Below, piece by piece: positions 23,817 to 32,000 of a stretch of DNA of 32,000 nt (positions within the stretch are counted from its first letter, which is position 1; each line of letters begins with the position of its first letter). Origin of the DNA: Microcystis aeruginosa NIES-2549. Lineage in GTDB: Bacteria > Cyanobacteriota > Cyanobacteriia > Cyanobacteriales > Microcystaceae. The stretch is from positions 90,001 to 122,000 of the forward strand of contig NZ_CP011304.1 of NCBI RefSeq assembly GCF_000981785.2, in the 5' to 3' direction. The notes under the pieces were generated by a model, which had not been told where the DNA came from, did not search any database, and saw only the letters and a list, made by a program, of their open reading frames with translations. Position numbers and translations under genes: made by a program.

Positions 23817-26639
23817 ATGTGGAATTATATAATACAATTATATCAAACTAATAAAGACTGGATTGACAATCTTCTTTCGGGAGTAATTGCTGTAATTCCA
23901 GTTATTATTGGGGTAATCTGGGCCGGGTTTTGGTGGTATCTACAGCAAAAACGAAAAGTCCGAATCATTGAACCGTCTTTACCCTTTACCAAAATTGCCT
24001 CCCATAGCAATGTAATCCCGATTATCTACAAAAAGGATGAAAAGGATAAATCTCCTTTAGCGGATCATAATATTATTTACCAACACCGAATGGCTGACCG
24101 AAACTTTACTAACGAACTTCTGCAAAATCTGGAGGAAAATCGCTGGTTAATTATTCTCGGACCCACAGGAATCGGCAAAACTAGAGAAGCTGCTGAAGTA
24201 GCGCAACGCTTGAATCATGAAGGCTGGACGGTATTAGTATTAAAATTAGGAGAATGGTTAGAGCGACCTGAAAATAACCAATTAGAGGCGATCGGAACAG
24301 ATAGAAAATTACTATTTTTCCTCGACGATCTTAACTCATATATGCGCCGTAGTTTGAAAATCGACCAAAATCCCCAAGCAAAAGATAGTCCTCTTGCGGC
24401 GATTAATATTCCCTTACAAGAACGACTATTAAAAACTCTAGAAGCTTATGAAACCCATTGTACTCGTCCCGAAGAAGTGCGAGTAATTGCCACTGCGAGA
24501 GATGAAAAAGAACCCGAATCACCAGGACAGCCGAGTGAATGGGATAAGTTACAGTGGAATAAATACCCAAAACTGTGGAAACGTTTTCAGGTGGTAGAAT
24601 TGCCATCACCGGAAGACGGTGCAATTGTCGAATTATTGCAGGATACTATCCCGCAAACCAACATTAAAGCCGAAACTGACTACAGCAGCATTGCTGCCTG
24701 TAATGATTCTACCTTTCGCAATGTGGTAGAAAATCTGGTGCGCCTTGACAACCGACAATTACCCCTCAATACTGACAACTATCAAGCTACTTTACGAGGC
24801 AACTGGCAAAAACGTTATCAGGATGCAATTAAAAGGGATACTCTGGCGGAAGATATCTATGCTGCGGTGGATTTGTTGCGCCAGTGTAATGTTTCCTTAG
24901 AACCGTTTATTGTTGAACCCACTGCCAGATTTATCGCCAAGGAAAATATGTGGCAACAACTCTGGTATCGCTGGAAAATCAAGCAAAGTTTGGCTGATTT
25001 AATTGCCAGAGAAAACATTTTAGAACCCCGCGACGGACAAATTGAAGCCAAGGGAGAGCAGGTAGAATTAAATGACTATTTACGTCCTCTAAAACAGTTA
25101 ATTTGGCAGTTATTTAAACAAAAACCAAGAGAAATGTTGCCCTCTCTAGAAGGATTTACTCTTAAACTATATGAATTAAAACGCTATCGAGATGCCTTAA
25201 AAGGGTTCAACCGTCTAGTTAGTTTGGCCCCCCAACGGGAAGACGGTTGGTTTTATCGAGGTACTACTTTTTATTATCTCGAACAATACCAAGAAGCGAT
25301 CGCCTCCTACGATCGAGCTTTAGAAATTGAACCCGATGACCATCAAGCTTGGTACAACCGAGGGAATGCGTTAGGTAATTTAGGCAGATTTGAACAAGCG
25401 ATCGCATCCTACGGCAAAGCTTTAGAAATTAAACCCGATGACCATCAAGCTTGGTACAACCGAGGGATTGCGTTAGGTAATTTAGGCAGATTTGAACAAG
25501 CGATCGCATCCTACGGCAAAGCTTTAGAAATTAAACCCGATGACCATCAAGCTTGGAACAACCGAGGGAATGCGTTAGGTAATTTAGGCAGATTTGAACA
25601 AGCGAGCGCATCCTACAACAAAGCTTTAGAAATTAAACCCGATTACCATCAAGCTTGGTACAACCGAGGGATTGCGTTAGGTAATTTAGGCAGATTTGAA
25701 CAAGCGAGCGCATCCTACGACAAAGCTTTAGAAATTAAACCCGATTACCATCAAGCTTGGAACAACCGAGGGAATGCGTTAGGTAATTTAGGCAGATTTG
25801 AACAAGCGATCACCTCCTACGATCGAGCTTTAGAAATTAAACCCGATTACCATCAAGCTTGGAACAACCGAGGGATTGCGTTAGGTAATTTAGGCAGATT
25901 TGAACAAGAGATCGCATCCTACGATCGAGCTTTAGAAATTAAACCCGATTTCCATGAAGCTTGGTACAACCGAGGGATTGCGTTAGGTAATTTAGGCAGA
26001 TTGGCAGAAGCGATCGCATCTTATGATCGAGCTTTAGAAATTAAACCCGATTTCCATCAAGCTTGGTACAACCGAGGGAATGCGTTAGGTAATTTAGGCA
26101 GATTTGAAGAAGCGATCGCATCCTACGATCGAGCTTTAGAAATTAAACCCGATAAGCATGAAGCTTGGTACAACCGAGGGGTTGCGTTAGGTAATTTAGG
26201 CAGATTGGCAGCAGCGATCGCATCCTACGATCGAGCTTTAGAAATTAAACCCGATAAGCATGAAGCTTGGTACAACCGAGGGTATGCGTTAGATAATTTA
26301 GGCAGATTAGAAGAGGCGATCGCATCTTACGACAAAGCTTTAGAAATTAAACCCGATAAGCATGAAGCTTGGAACAACCGAGGGATTGCGTTAGATAATT
26401 TAGGCAGATTAGAAGAGGCGATCGCATCCTACGATCAAGCTATTAAAATTAATTCAAATTATGCTAATGCTTACTACAATAAAGCTTGCTGTTATGGCTT
26501 ACAAAACAATGTGGAATTAGCTATCGAAAACTTACAACGCGCCATCAATCTTGATGTCGAATATCAGGATATGGCGAAAACAGATAAAGATTTTGAGCAG
26601 ATTCGGGGAGATCAACGGTTTCAATCATTGCTAAGTTAA
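23817..26639 (+). CDS. Membrane-anchored P-loop NTPase with a C-terminal TPR array (about 14 TPRs)
   Basis: 940 aa. An N-terminal TM helix (LLSGVIAVIPVIIGVIWAGFWWYL) is followed by Walker A ILGPTGIGKTREA, Walker B-like LLFFLDDLN, and then 34-aa repeats of type YNRGNALGNLGRFEQAIASYDRALEIKPDxHQAW. Confidence 0.85.
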   Translation: MWNYIIQLYQTNKDWIDNLLSGVIAVIPVIIGVIWAGFWWYLQQKRKVRIIEPSLPFTKIASHSNVIPIIYKKDEKDKSPLADHNIIYQHRMADRNFTNELLQNLEENRWLIILGPTGIGKTREAAEVAQRLNHEGWTVLVLKLGEWLERPENNQLEAIGTDRKLLFFLDDLNSYMRRSLKIDQNPQAKDSPLAAINIPLQERLLKTLEAYETHCTRPEEVRVIATARDEKEPESPGQPSEWDKLQWNKYPKLWKRFQVVELPSPEDGAIVELLQDTIPQTNIKAETDYSSIAACNDSTFRNVVENLVRLDNRQLPLNTDNYQATLRGNWQKRYQDAIKRDTLAEDIYAAVDLLRQCNVSLEPFIVEPTARFIAKENMWQQLWYRWKIKQSLADLIARENILEPRDGQIEAKGEQVELNDYLRPLKQLIWQLFKQKPREMLPSLEGFTLKLYELKRYRDALKGFNRLVSLAPQREDGWFYRGTTFYYLEQYQEAIASYDRALEIEPDDHQAWYNRGNALGNLGRFEQAIASYGKALEIKPDDHQAWYNRGIALGNLGRFEQAIASYGKALEIKPDDHQAWNNRGNALGNLGRFEQASASYNKALEIKPDYHQAWYNRGIALGNLGRFEQASASYDKALEIKPDYHQAWNNRGNALGNLGRFEQAITSYDRALEIKPDYHQAWNNRGIALGNLGRFEQEIASYDRALEIKPDFHEAWYNRGIALGNLGRLAEAIASYDRALEIKPDFHQAWYNRGNALGNLGRFEEAIASYDRALEIKPDKHEAWYNRGVALGNLGRLAAAIASYDRALEIKPDKHEAWYNRGYALDNLGRLEEAIASYDKALEIKPDKHEAWNNRGIALDNLGRLEEAIASYDQAIKINSNYANAYYNKACCYGLQNNVELAIENLQRAINLDVEYQDMAKTDKDFEQIRGDQRFQSLLS
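25250..26460 (+). repeat. Tandem 102-bp coding repeats (TPR units), about 11 nearly identical copies
   Basis: GCTTTAGAAATTAAACCCGAT...CAAGCTTGG...AACCGAGGGA..GCGTTAGGTAATTTAGGCAGATT recurs every 102 bp. Most units also contain a GCGATCGC octamer. Confidence 0.9.
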
Positions 26640-27080
26640 GTAAATAAAAAAAGAGATAACTATCTATGTCTAAAGCAATCCCATCATCAGAGTTAGGCGA
26701 TAATAACTCTTAAGTTCCAACTTTCTATCCTAATCAGGAGACCGATTGCTATGACACTGGCAAATACCCACCTAAAAATCGAAAATTTCGCTCATTATAT
26801 CATAAAAATCACCAAAAATACTTAATTTATTAAGACAAATAAATAATTGTTTAATCGGTAATTCTTGAGGAAATCTAAAATCAGAACTCAACCAGCAAAA
26901 AGGGTGAGATAATAAAAACATAGTTCAGAGAGTAGAGGCTGTCAAGACAAGCTTTCCAGTCGTAAAATCCATAATTCCTGCCGGGTGAGGGCTGATAACT
27001 AACTTTCAAAAAAGCAGAATTCAATTTAGTAGAACAAATCGCAACAATCTGTCAATCTACTGAAAAAAGAGAGAAAACTT

Positions 27081-28709
27081 ATGTTTTGTGAACAATGCGA
27101 ACAAACCGCTAGTGGTAATGGTTGTCATCAGTGGGGTGCCTGTGGAAAAAGTCCCGAAGTCAACGCTGTTCAAGACTTATTAGTTTATTGTTTGCGGGGA
27201 TTAGCATCGGTGGTTTTAAAAGCCAAAGAAGCGGCAATATCTACTCGCGAAGCCGATATTTTTACCTGCGAGTCGCTTTTCGCCACCATGACCAATGTGA
27301 ACTTCGATCAAAGACGTTTTACCGATTATATTCAGCGTTGTTTAGAGATTCGGGAAAATTTAAAAGCACAATTGGGATCGCTGGACTGGTCTGCACTTGC
27401 TAACTATCAGCCTAATTTTAATGAGAGCCTAGTCAGCCAAGGTCAAGAAGTATCCTTAGAACTAATTGAAAAAGTACAAGACCTCGATATTTTTTCCCTA
27501 AAGTTAACCGCTATCTACGGAGTTAAAGGTCTTGCTTCCTATACTTTCCACGCTCAGGAATTAGGTCAAGAGGATGACTCAGTTTATCAGGTTATCCAAG
27601 AGACTTTAGTGGCGATTGACCGGGGAGATTTAAACCTTAATGATTGGGTGGCAATCTGTCTAAAAGTCGGGGCAGCAAACCTGCGGGCCATGGAATTATT
27701 AGATCAAGGTCATACCGAAACCTACGGTCATCCCATACCGACAAATGTTCCCTTAAATCCACGTTTAGGTAAAGCCATTTTAGTCTCCGGCCATGATATT
27801 AAACAATTAGCGGCTTTACTGGCACAAACTGCCAATACTGGGATAACAGTCTACACCCACGGAGAATTATTACCCGCCCACGGTTATCCAAAACTCAAAG
27901 AAAAATATCCCCATCTCTACGGTCATTATGGCACCGCCTGGCAAAACCAAACTAAAGAATTTGCTAAGTTTCCGGGGGCAATAGTTTTAACTACTAATTG
28001 TCTCATGCCCCCCCACGAAAACTATGAAAGTAAACTTTTTACCCTCGGACCTGTGGGTTATGCCCATATTAACCGCTTAGAAACAGTGGACGGTGCGATC
28101 GATTTTAGTCGCGTGATTGCTAAAGCGCAATCATTGCCCGGATTTACTGAAATAAGCGAACCTCGGCAGGTAATGGTGGGATTTGCCCACAATACCGTTC
28201 TCAGTGTCGCTGATACGGTGGTTGATGCTCTTAAACAGGGTAAAATCCGTCACTTCTTCCTAGTTGGCGGCTGCGATGGCGCAAAACCCGATCGCAATTA
28301 CTACACCGAATTTGTGGAACAAGTACCCGAAGATTGCATCGTTTTAACCCTTGCCTGTGGAAAATTCCGCTTTTTCGACAAACAATTGGGTAGCATCGAA
28401 GGATTACCCCGGCTGATGGACGTGGGACAATGTAACGATGCCTATAGTGCCATTAAAATCGCCCTAGGATTAGCCAACGCTTTTAACGTTAGCGTCAATG
28501 AGATTCCCCTCTCCCTAATTATCTCTTGGTACGAACAAAAAGCAATCGCTGTACTGCTCACCCTGCTACATCTAGGTATTCAAAATATCCGTCTGGGACC
28601 AACTTTACCGGCATTTATCTCCCCTAACGTCCTGAAATTCCTCTCCGATACCTATCACCTGCAGCCGATTACTACCCCAGCAAAAGACTTAGCCGATTGT
28701 CTAAGTTAA
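27081..28709 (+). CDS. hcp: Hybrid cluster protein (hydroxylamine reductase)
   Basis: 542 aa. The N-terminal Cys cluster MFCEQCEQTASGNGCHQWGACGK and the overall Hcp pattern are present. Confidence 0.9.
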   Translation: MFCEQCEQTASGNGCHQWGACGKSPEVNAVQDLLVYCLRGLASVVLKAKEAAISTREADIFTCESLFATMTNVNFDQRRFTDYIQRCLEIRENLKAQLGSLDWSALANYQPNFNESLVSQGQEVSLELIEKVQDLDIFSLKLTAIYGVKGLASYTFHAQELGQEDDSVYQVIQETLVAIDRGDLNLNDWVAICLKVGAANLRAMELLDQGHTETYGHPIPTNVPLNPRLGKAILVSGHDIKQLAALLAQTANTGITVYTHGELLPAHGYPKLKEKYPHLYGHYGTAWQNQTKEFAKFPGAIVLTTNCLMPPHENYESKLFTLGPVGYAHINRLETVDGAIDFSRVIAKAQSLPGFTEISEPRQVMVGFAHNTVLSVADTVVDALKQGKIRHFFLVGGCDGAKPDRNYYTEFVEQVPEDCIVLTLACGKFRFFDKQLGSIEGLPRLMDVGQCNDAYSAIKIALGLANAFNVSVNEIPLSLIISWYEQKAIAVLLTLLHLGIQNIRLGPTLPAFISPNVLKFLSDTYHLQPITTPAKDLADCLS

Positions 28710-28731
28710 AACTTTCTGTAAAAATCCCACA

Positions 28732-28754
28732 ATAGGCCACAAATTGTGGCCTAT
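28732..28754. promoter_or_regulatory. Perfect 11-bp-arm palindrome ATAGGCCACAA-A-TTGTGGCCTAT between hcp and hoxU
   Basis: Read directly. All 11 positions pair and there is a 1-nt centre. It could be an operator or an RNA hairpin. Confidence 0.4.
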
Positions 28755-28794
28755 GGGAAGGAGAGGGATATTATCCTCAAGGAGAATAATTTTT

Positions 28795-29511
28795 ATGTCC
28801 GTAATCACTTTAAGTATTGATGGCAAAGATGTAGCGATCGAAGCGGGTTCGAGAGTTCTGGCGGCAGCTAGTCAGGTAGGAATAAAAATTCCCGCTCTCT
28901 GTCATCTCGATGGGGTTTCCGAAGTGGCCGCCTGTCGCTTATGTTTAGTAGAAATTGAAGGTATTAATAAATTATTACCCGCCTGTGTAACGGAGGTGGC
29001 GGAAGGAATGGTGGTCCATACCGATACCCCAAAACTGAAAGAATATCGCCGCATGACAGTGGAATTATTATTCGCTGAAGGTAATCACGTTTGTGCAGTT
29101 TGTGTGGCTAATGGTAACTGTGAATTACAAGATTTAGCCATCGAAGTGGGTATGGATCATAGTCGTTTTCCCTACCGTTTTCCCAAGCGAGAAGTGGATA
29201 TTTCCCATCATCTTTTTGGTATCGATCATAATCGTTGTGTTCTCTGTACCCGTTGTGTGCGAGTCTGTGATGAAATTGAAGGGGCGCACGTTTGGGATCT
29301 GGCTTATCGCGGCGAAAAAGATAAAATTATTGCGGGAATGGATCAGCCTTGGGGCAGCGTTTCTGCCTGTACTTCCTGCGGCAAATGTGTTGCCGCTTGT
29401 CCAACCGGGGCAATATTCCGCAAGGGTTCCGCCGTTTCTGAAAAAGAGGAAGATCGCTCGAAGTTGGAATTTTTAGTTAATGCTAGGACTCAACACCAAT
29501 GGACGCGTTAG
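28795..29511 (+). CDS. hoxU: Bidirectional [NiFe] hydrogenase diaphorase subunit HoxU (2Fe-2S/4Fe-4S)
   Basis: ATG 28795 is preceded by AAGGAG and is preferred over the track start at 28744. The sequence MSVITLSIDGKDV... carries the Cys clusters CRLCLVEI, CAVCVANGNCELQ, CVLCTRCVRVC and CTSCGKCVAACP. Confidence 0.9.
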   Translation: MSVITLSIDGKDVAIEAGSRVLAAASQVGIKIPALCHLDGVSEVAACRLCLVEIEGINKLLPACVTEVAEGMVVHTDTPKLKEYRRMTVELLFAEGNHVCAVCVANGNCELQDLAIEVGMDHSRFPYRFPKREVDISHHLFGIDHNRCVLCTRCVRVCDEIEGAHVWDLAYRGEKDKIIAGMDQPWGSVSACTSCGKCVAACPTGAIFRKGSAVSEKEEDRSKLEFLVNARTQHQWTR

Positions 29512-29517
29512 CGAAAA

Positions 29518-29916
29518 ATGGTAGATTCTCAAAACGCTCGTTGGGGACATCTAGGTATTTATGCCAAGTATCTGCGGGCGGAAATGGCTCTGTATGACGA
29601 GATTATGGGGATGAATGAAGATATTCGCTTGATTTCCGATTACTGCGGTATTTCTGCTCAGGAAACTCAACGAGCAAAGGACTACGCTTTCGGTAGCGGT
29701 GTCAGTCAGCATGAATTTTGGCCTAGTATTGATATGGCAAAGGCGTGGTTGCGGATGGCGCGAGGACAGGGAACGGCGATTGATCGTGTCTTTTTAGAAC
29801 ACGAAATCTTAGAATCGGATTTAGTGATCAATCAGGGTATGAATCAGCCTTCTGCTCACGAAATCGCTCAAGCTCAATATGGTTGGTCTGTCCTACTGCG
29901 TCAAGGGAATCAATAA
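29518..29916 (+). CDS. Hypothetical protein inside the hox cluster
   Basis: 132 aa. It starts 6 nt after the hoxU stop. I recognised no family. Confidence 0.6.
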   Translation: MVDSQNARWGHLGIYAKYLRAEMALYDEIMGMNEDIRLISDYCGISAQETQRAKDYAFGSGVSQHEFWPSIDMAKAWLRMARGQGTAIDRVFLEHEILESDLVINQGMNQPSAHEIAQAQYGWSVLLRQGNQ

Positions 29917-29920
29917 TGTT

Positions 29921-30385
29921 ATGAATGATACAAATCTTGAACAGATCTTTCTGCAAGCCTTGAATCGCTGTCTATCCCTGCTGGATTATCAATCTCAACC
30001 AACCAATTTAGCTTGGTCCGCGATCGAACTTTTCGCCGAAGTTGGGCGATTTCCCCAGATGCTTCGCCAATTCTGTGATCAATACCGAGAGCTTGTGGCG
30101 GCGGCAGATCGGGCGATCGAGGATTACGCCAGTAGTGTGGATAATTGGACAGTCAAGGGGACTATTTTCGGGGCGCAGGATCAATGTAATATCTTGCATT
30201 TTTTTCTCAATGTCCACACGAAAAATTTTAAGTTTTTTAGAGGTGAAAATTGGACACCACAGCTAATCTGTGAATTTTTGCAAGAATGGAAGGGGATCGA
30301 TCTTTTTTCTTTAATTGCAGATAATCAGGAACTTGTCGAGACAGGCAAAAACCCGCCCCTCGGTAAACAGCCGCTTTTCTATTAA
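29921..30385 (+). CDS. Hypothetical protein inside the hox cluster
   Basis: 154 aa from ATG 29921, 4 nt after the previous stop. The track start at 29879 would overlap the previous ORF. No family recognised. Its stop codon lies in the shared 29-nt repeat head. Confidence 0.55.
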   Translation: MNDTNLEQIFLQALNRCLSLLDYQSQPTNLAWSAIELFAEVGRFPQMLRQFCDQYRELVAAADRAIEDYASSVDNWTVKGTIFGAQDQCNILHFFLNVHTKNFKFFRGENWTPQLICEFLQEWKGIDLFSLIADNQELVETGKNPPLGKQPLFY

Positions 30386-30482
30386 GTAGGTAGGTGTTAA
30401 AAATTGTCAGATACCCCCCTTATTAAGGGGGATCCCCCCGCCTATCGGCACCCCCCTTATCAAGGGGGGCAGGGGGGGATCG
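30382..30482 (+). repeat. Repeat element, second copy of the 29-nt head plus CCCCCCTTATTAAGGGGG / CCCCCCTTATCAAGGGGGG palindromic units
   Basis: 30382-30410 is identical to 13829-13857 and is followed by G/C-run palindromes of the same family. Confidence 0.8.
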
Positions 30483-30571
30483 AAGGCAAAATCTATCTTC
30501 TATTTAATTAGAACCACTTACTTAGCTAGTAATCACTATTGCCCAAACCTAACAATTAAGGAATTAAAATT

Positions 30572-31120
30572 ATGTCTAAAATTCGCTTCGCTACTGTCTG
30601 GTTAGCTGGTTGTTCGGGATGCCATATGTCCTTCCTCGATTTGGATGAATGGCTGTTAGAATTAGCCGAAAAAGTTGACGTGGTGTATAGTCCCGTCGGC
30701 TGCGATCTGAAAACCTATCCGGAAAATGTCGATGTCTGTTTAGTGGAAGGAGCGATCGCTAATCAGGATAATTTAGAACTAATTCATCTAGTCCGCCAAA
30801 ATACCAAAACCGTCGTTTCTTTTGGTGATTGCGCCGTGACTGCTAACGTTCCCGCTATGCGGAATATGTTAGGAACTGCCGATCCCGTGCTAAAAAGAGC
30901 TTATTTAGAGTTAGGAGATAACACACCTCAACTACCAGAAGAACCCGGTATCGTTCCCGAATTATTAGATCAAGTGCTGCCCGTCCATCAAGTCATTCCC
31001 ATCGATATTTTTATGCCGGGATGTCCCCCCGATGCGGACAGAATTCGCGAGACATTGATTCCGATTTTAAAAGGGGAATTACCCGTGATGGCAGGACGAG
31101 AAATGATTAAATTTGGTTAA
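30572..31120 (+). CDS. hoxY: Bidirectional [NiFe] hydrogenase small subunit HoxY
   Basis: 182 aa. The N-terminal MSKIRFATVWLAGCSGCHMSFLDLDE, plus FGDCAV and MPGCPP, are Cys motifs typical of HoxY. Confidence 0.9.
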   Translation: MSKIRFATVWLAGCSGCHMSFLDLDEWLLELAEKVDVVYSPVGCDLKTYPENVDVCLVEGAIANQDNLELIHLVRQNTKTVVSFGDCAVTANVPAMRNMLGTADPVLKRAYLELGDNTPQLPEEPGIVPELLDQVLPVHQVIPIDIFMPGCPPDADRIRETLIPILKGELPVMAGREMIKFG

Positions 31121-31126
31121 TTGAAT

Positions 31127-31254
31127 CAGTTATCAGTTATCAGATTTGAGTTTTAAGTTTTGAGTGAGCAGTATGTATTAAGTGAGCCTCATCAAATGCC
31201 AGTTTGCTGCTGTCTTTTCGCTGATTACTGATTACTGTTTACTGATTACTGATT
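31127..31254. repeat. Heptamer-flanked intergenic element, copy C
   Basis: CAGTTAT x2, then a core ending TGCTGCTGTCTTTTCGCTG, then ATTACTG-type heptamers x4. Confidence 0.8.
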
Positions 31255-31375
31255 GGGTGCATCTCACATTTATAGAAATACCGACAATCAGCAATTATCA
31301 GTGACTCCTAAATTATTACAGATGTGTCAGAGGCTGCGTGTAAGCATCCCACCGAAAAACTAATGCGCTCCGGGG

Positions 31376-31398
31376 TTTGGGGGGTTCTACCCCCCAAA
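31376..31398. terminator. GC-rich hairpin between the convergent hoxY and recG genes
   Basis: A 9-bp stem TTTGGGGGG / CCCCCCAAA with a 5-nt loop. There is no clear U-tract on either strand, so terminator function is tentative. Confidence 0.35.
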
Positions 31399-31525
31399 AG
31401 CTTGGATTGAGTGATAAAATCGGAAGTAATACGGCCATCCGTTGAGTATGGGCTATGCAAAACGGAGAATAAATAATCAGTTTTTAATAACTGGATTTAG
31501 TATTACTGATCACTGAACATCTAAA

Positions 31526-32000
31526 TCAAGTTAAAATATCCGCTCCTAACATCCGTTGATATTTGGCTTCTAAAGCTTGTTTCAAATTGGGCAAAGTGAT
31601 TAAATGGGGATCATCTAACATAATTTTTTCGGCGGCATCTCTTGCCAAAACTAACACCTCTTGATCCTCGACTAAACTAGCGAGGGCAAAATCTGGTAAA
31701 CCCGATTGTCGTTGTCCTAAAACTTCCCCTGGACCGCGGAATCGCATATCCATTTCCGAGATAAAAAAGCCGTCTTGGGATTGTTCCAAAACCGTCAATC
31801 TTTGACGAGAATTAGCACTATTAGTGCCACTTAAAAGTAAACAATAGGATTGATGGGAACCTCTGCCGACGCGCCCCCGTAATTGATGTAATTGTGAAAG
31901 GCCAAAACGTTCGGCATTTTCAATTAACATCACCGTAGCATTGGGAACATCTACCCCCACTTCAATAACCGTAGTTGAGACAATAATTTGTAGAATATTA
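31526..32000 (-). CDS. recG: ATP-dependent DNA helicase RecG, C-terminal part (gene continues beyond window end)
   Basis: GVDVPNATVMLIENAERFGLSQLHQLRGRVGRG is helicase motif VI context. The frame stays open upstream of the Met at 31960, to position 32000. Confidence 0.85.
   Translation of the reverse strand, partial: NILQIIVSTTVIEVGVDVPNATVMLIENAERFGLSQLHQLRGRVGRGSHQSYCLLLSGTNSANSRQRLTVLEQSQDGFFISEMDMRFRGPGEVLGQRQSGLPDFALASLVEDQEVLVLARDAAEKIMLDDPHLITLPNLKQALEAKYQRMLGADILT

Noticed and set aside
24403-25051. Minus-strand ORFs 24403-24624 and 24857-25051.
   Set aside because: They are antisense within the P-loop/TPR gene.
26640-27080. Search for FNR (TTGAT-N4-ATCAA) or NtcA (GTA-N8-TAC) sites upstream of hcp.
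   Set aside because: I found no convincing match by eye. There is only a weak AGTAGA...TCTACT inverted repeat around 27030-27063.
27122-27403. 93-aa plus-strand ORF.
   Set aside because: It is an alternative frame inside hcp.
28744-28794. Track start of the hoxU ORF at 28744 (TTG).
   Set aside because: ATG 28795 has an AAGGAG Shine-Dalgarno sequence a few nt upstream and yields the canonical HoxU N-terminus. The extension also overlaps the palindrome.
29216-29476. 86-aa plus-strand ORF.
   Set aside because: It is an alternative frame inside hoxU.
29879-29920. Track start at 29879 for the second hox-embedded ORF.
   Set aside because: It would overlap the preceding ORF by 38 nt. The ATG at 29921, 4 nt after the stop, is more parsimonious, although this is not proven.
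30008-30266. ORFs 30008-30217 (-) and 30042-30266 (+).
   Set aside because: They are antisense to, or alternative frames within, the 154-aa ORF.
1-32000. tRNA, rRNA or tmRNA genes.
   Set aside because: I saw no T-loop (GGTTCGAATCC-like) sequence in an acceptor-stem context and no rRNA-like stretches. The two GTTCGAG occurrences (about 9050 and 21222) lie inside well-supported CDSs.

Overview
The window looks like chromosomal DNA from a unicellular cyanobacterium, probably Microcystis-like. This is inferred from frequent HIP1 GCGATCGC octamers, CAGTTAT/ATAACTG heptamer arrays, CCCCCTTATTAAGGGGG palindromic repeats and hox/hcp genes. Most of it is housekeeping: pdxH, scpA, tadA, 5-formyl-THF cyclo-ligase, an aldo/keto reductase, nagA, a PPP phosphatase, fabZ, a SpoIID-domain protein, a Coq4-like protein and a partial recG.

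The accessory content is as follows.
(1) At the left edge, a large minus-strand gene runs off the window and is therefore missing from the ORF track. It encodes a trypsin-like peptidase + NB-ARC STAND ATPase + HEAT-like repeat array, and a small trypco2-like gene sits just upstream. I rate this two-gene candidate conflict/defence module the most interesting item.
(2) An AT-rich, HIP1-free island carries a DNA methyltransferase and a PD-(D/E)xK nuclease candidate, which looks like a type II R-M system.
(3) A 1144-bp DDE IS element is inserted in a glutaredoxin gene immediately upstream of tadA.
(4) A 269/271-bp tandem duplication lies between nagA and the phosphatase gene.
(5) A 940-aa TM + P-loop + TPR protein has about 11 near-identical 102-bp repeat units.
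(6) A fragmentary hox cluster reads hcp-hoxU-[two unknown ORFs]-hoxY, with no hoxE, hoxF or hoxH in the window.
(7) Several families of intergenic repeats are present. One is inserted in frame inside the STAND gene, and another contains the stop codons of two unrelated genes.

I found no rRNA, tRNA or CRISPR array. All family assignments come from reading motifs by eye, not from searches.
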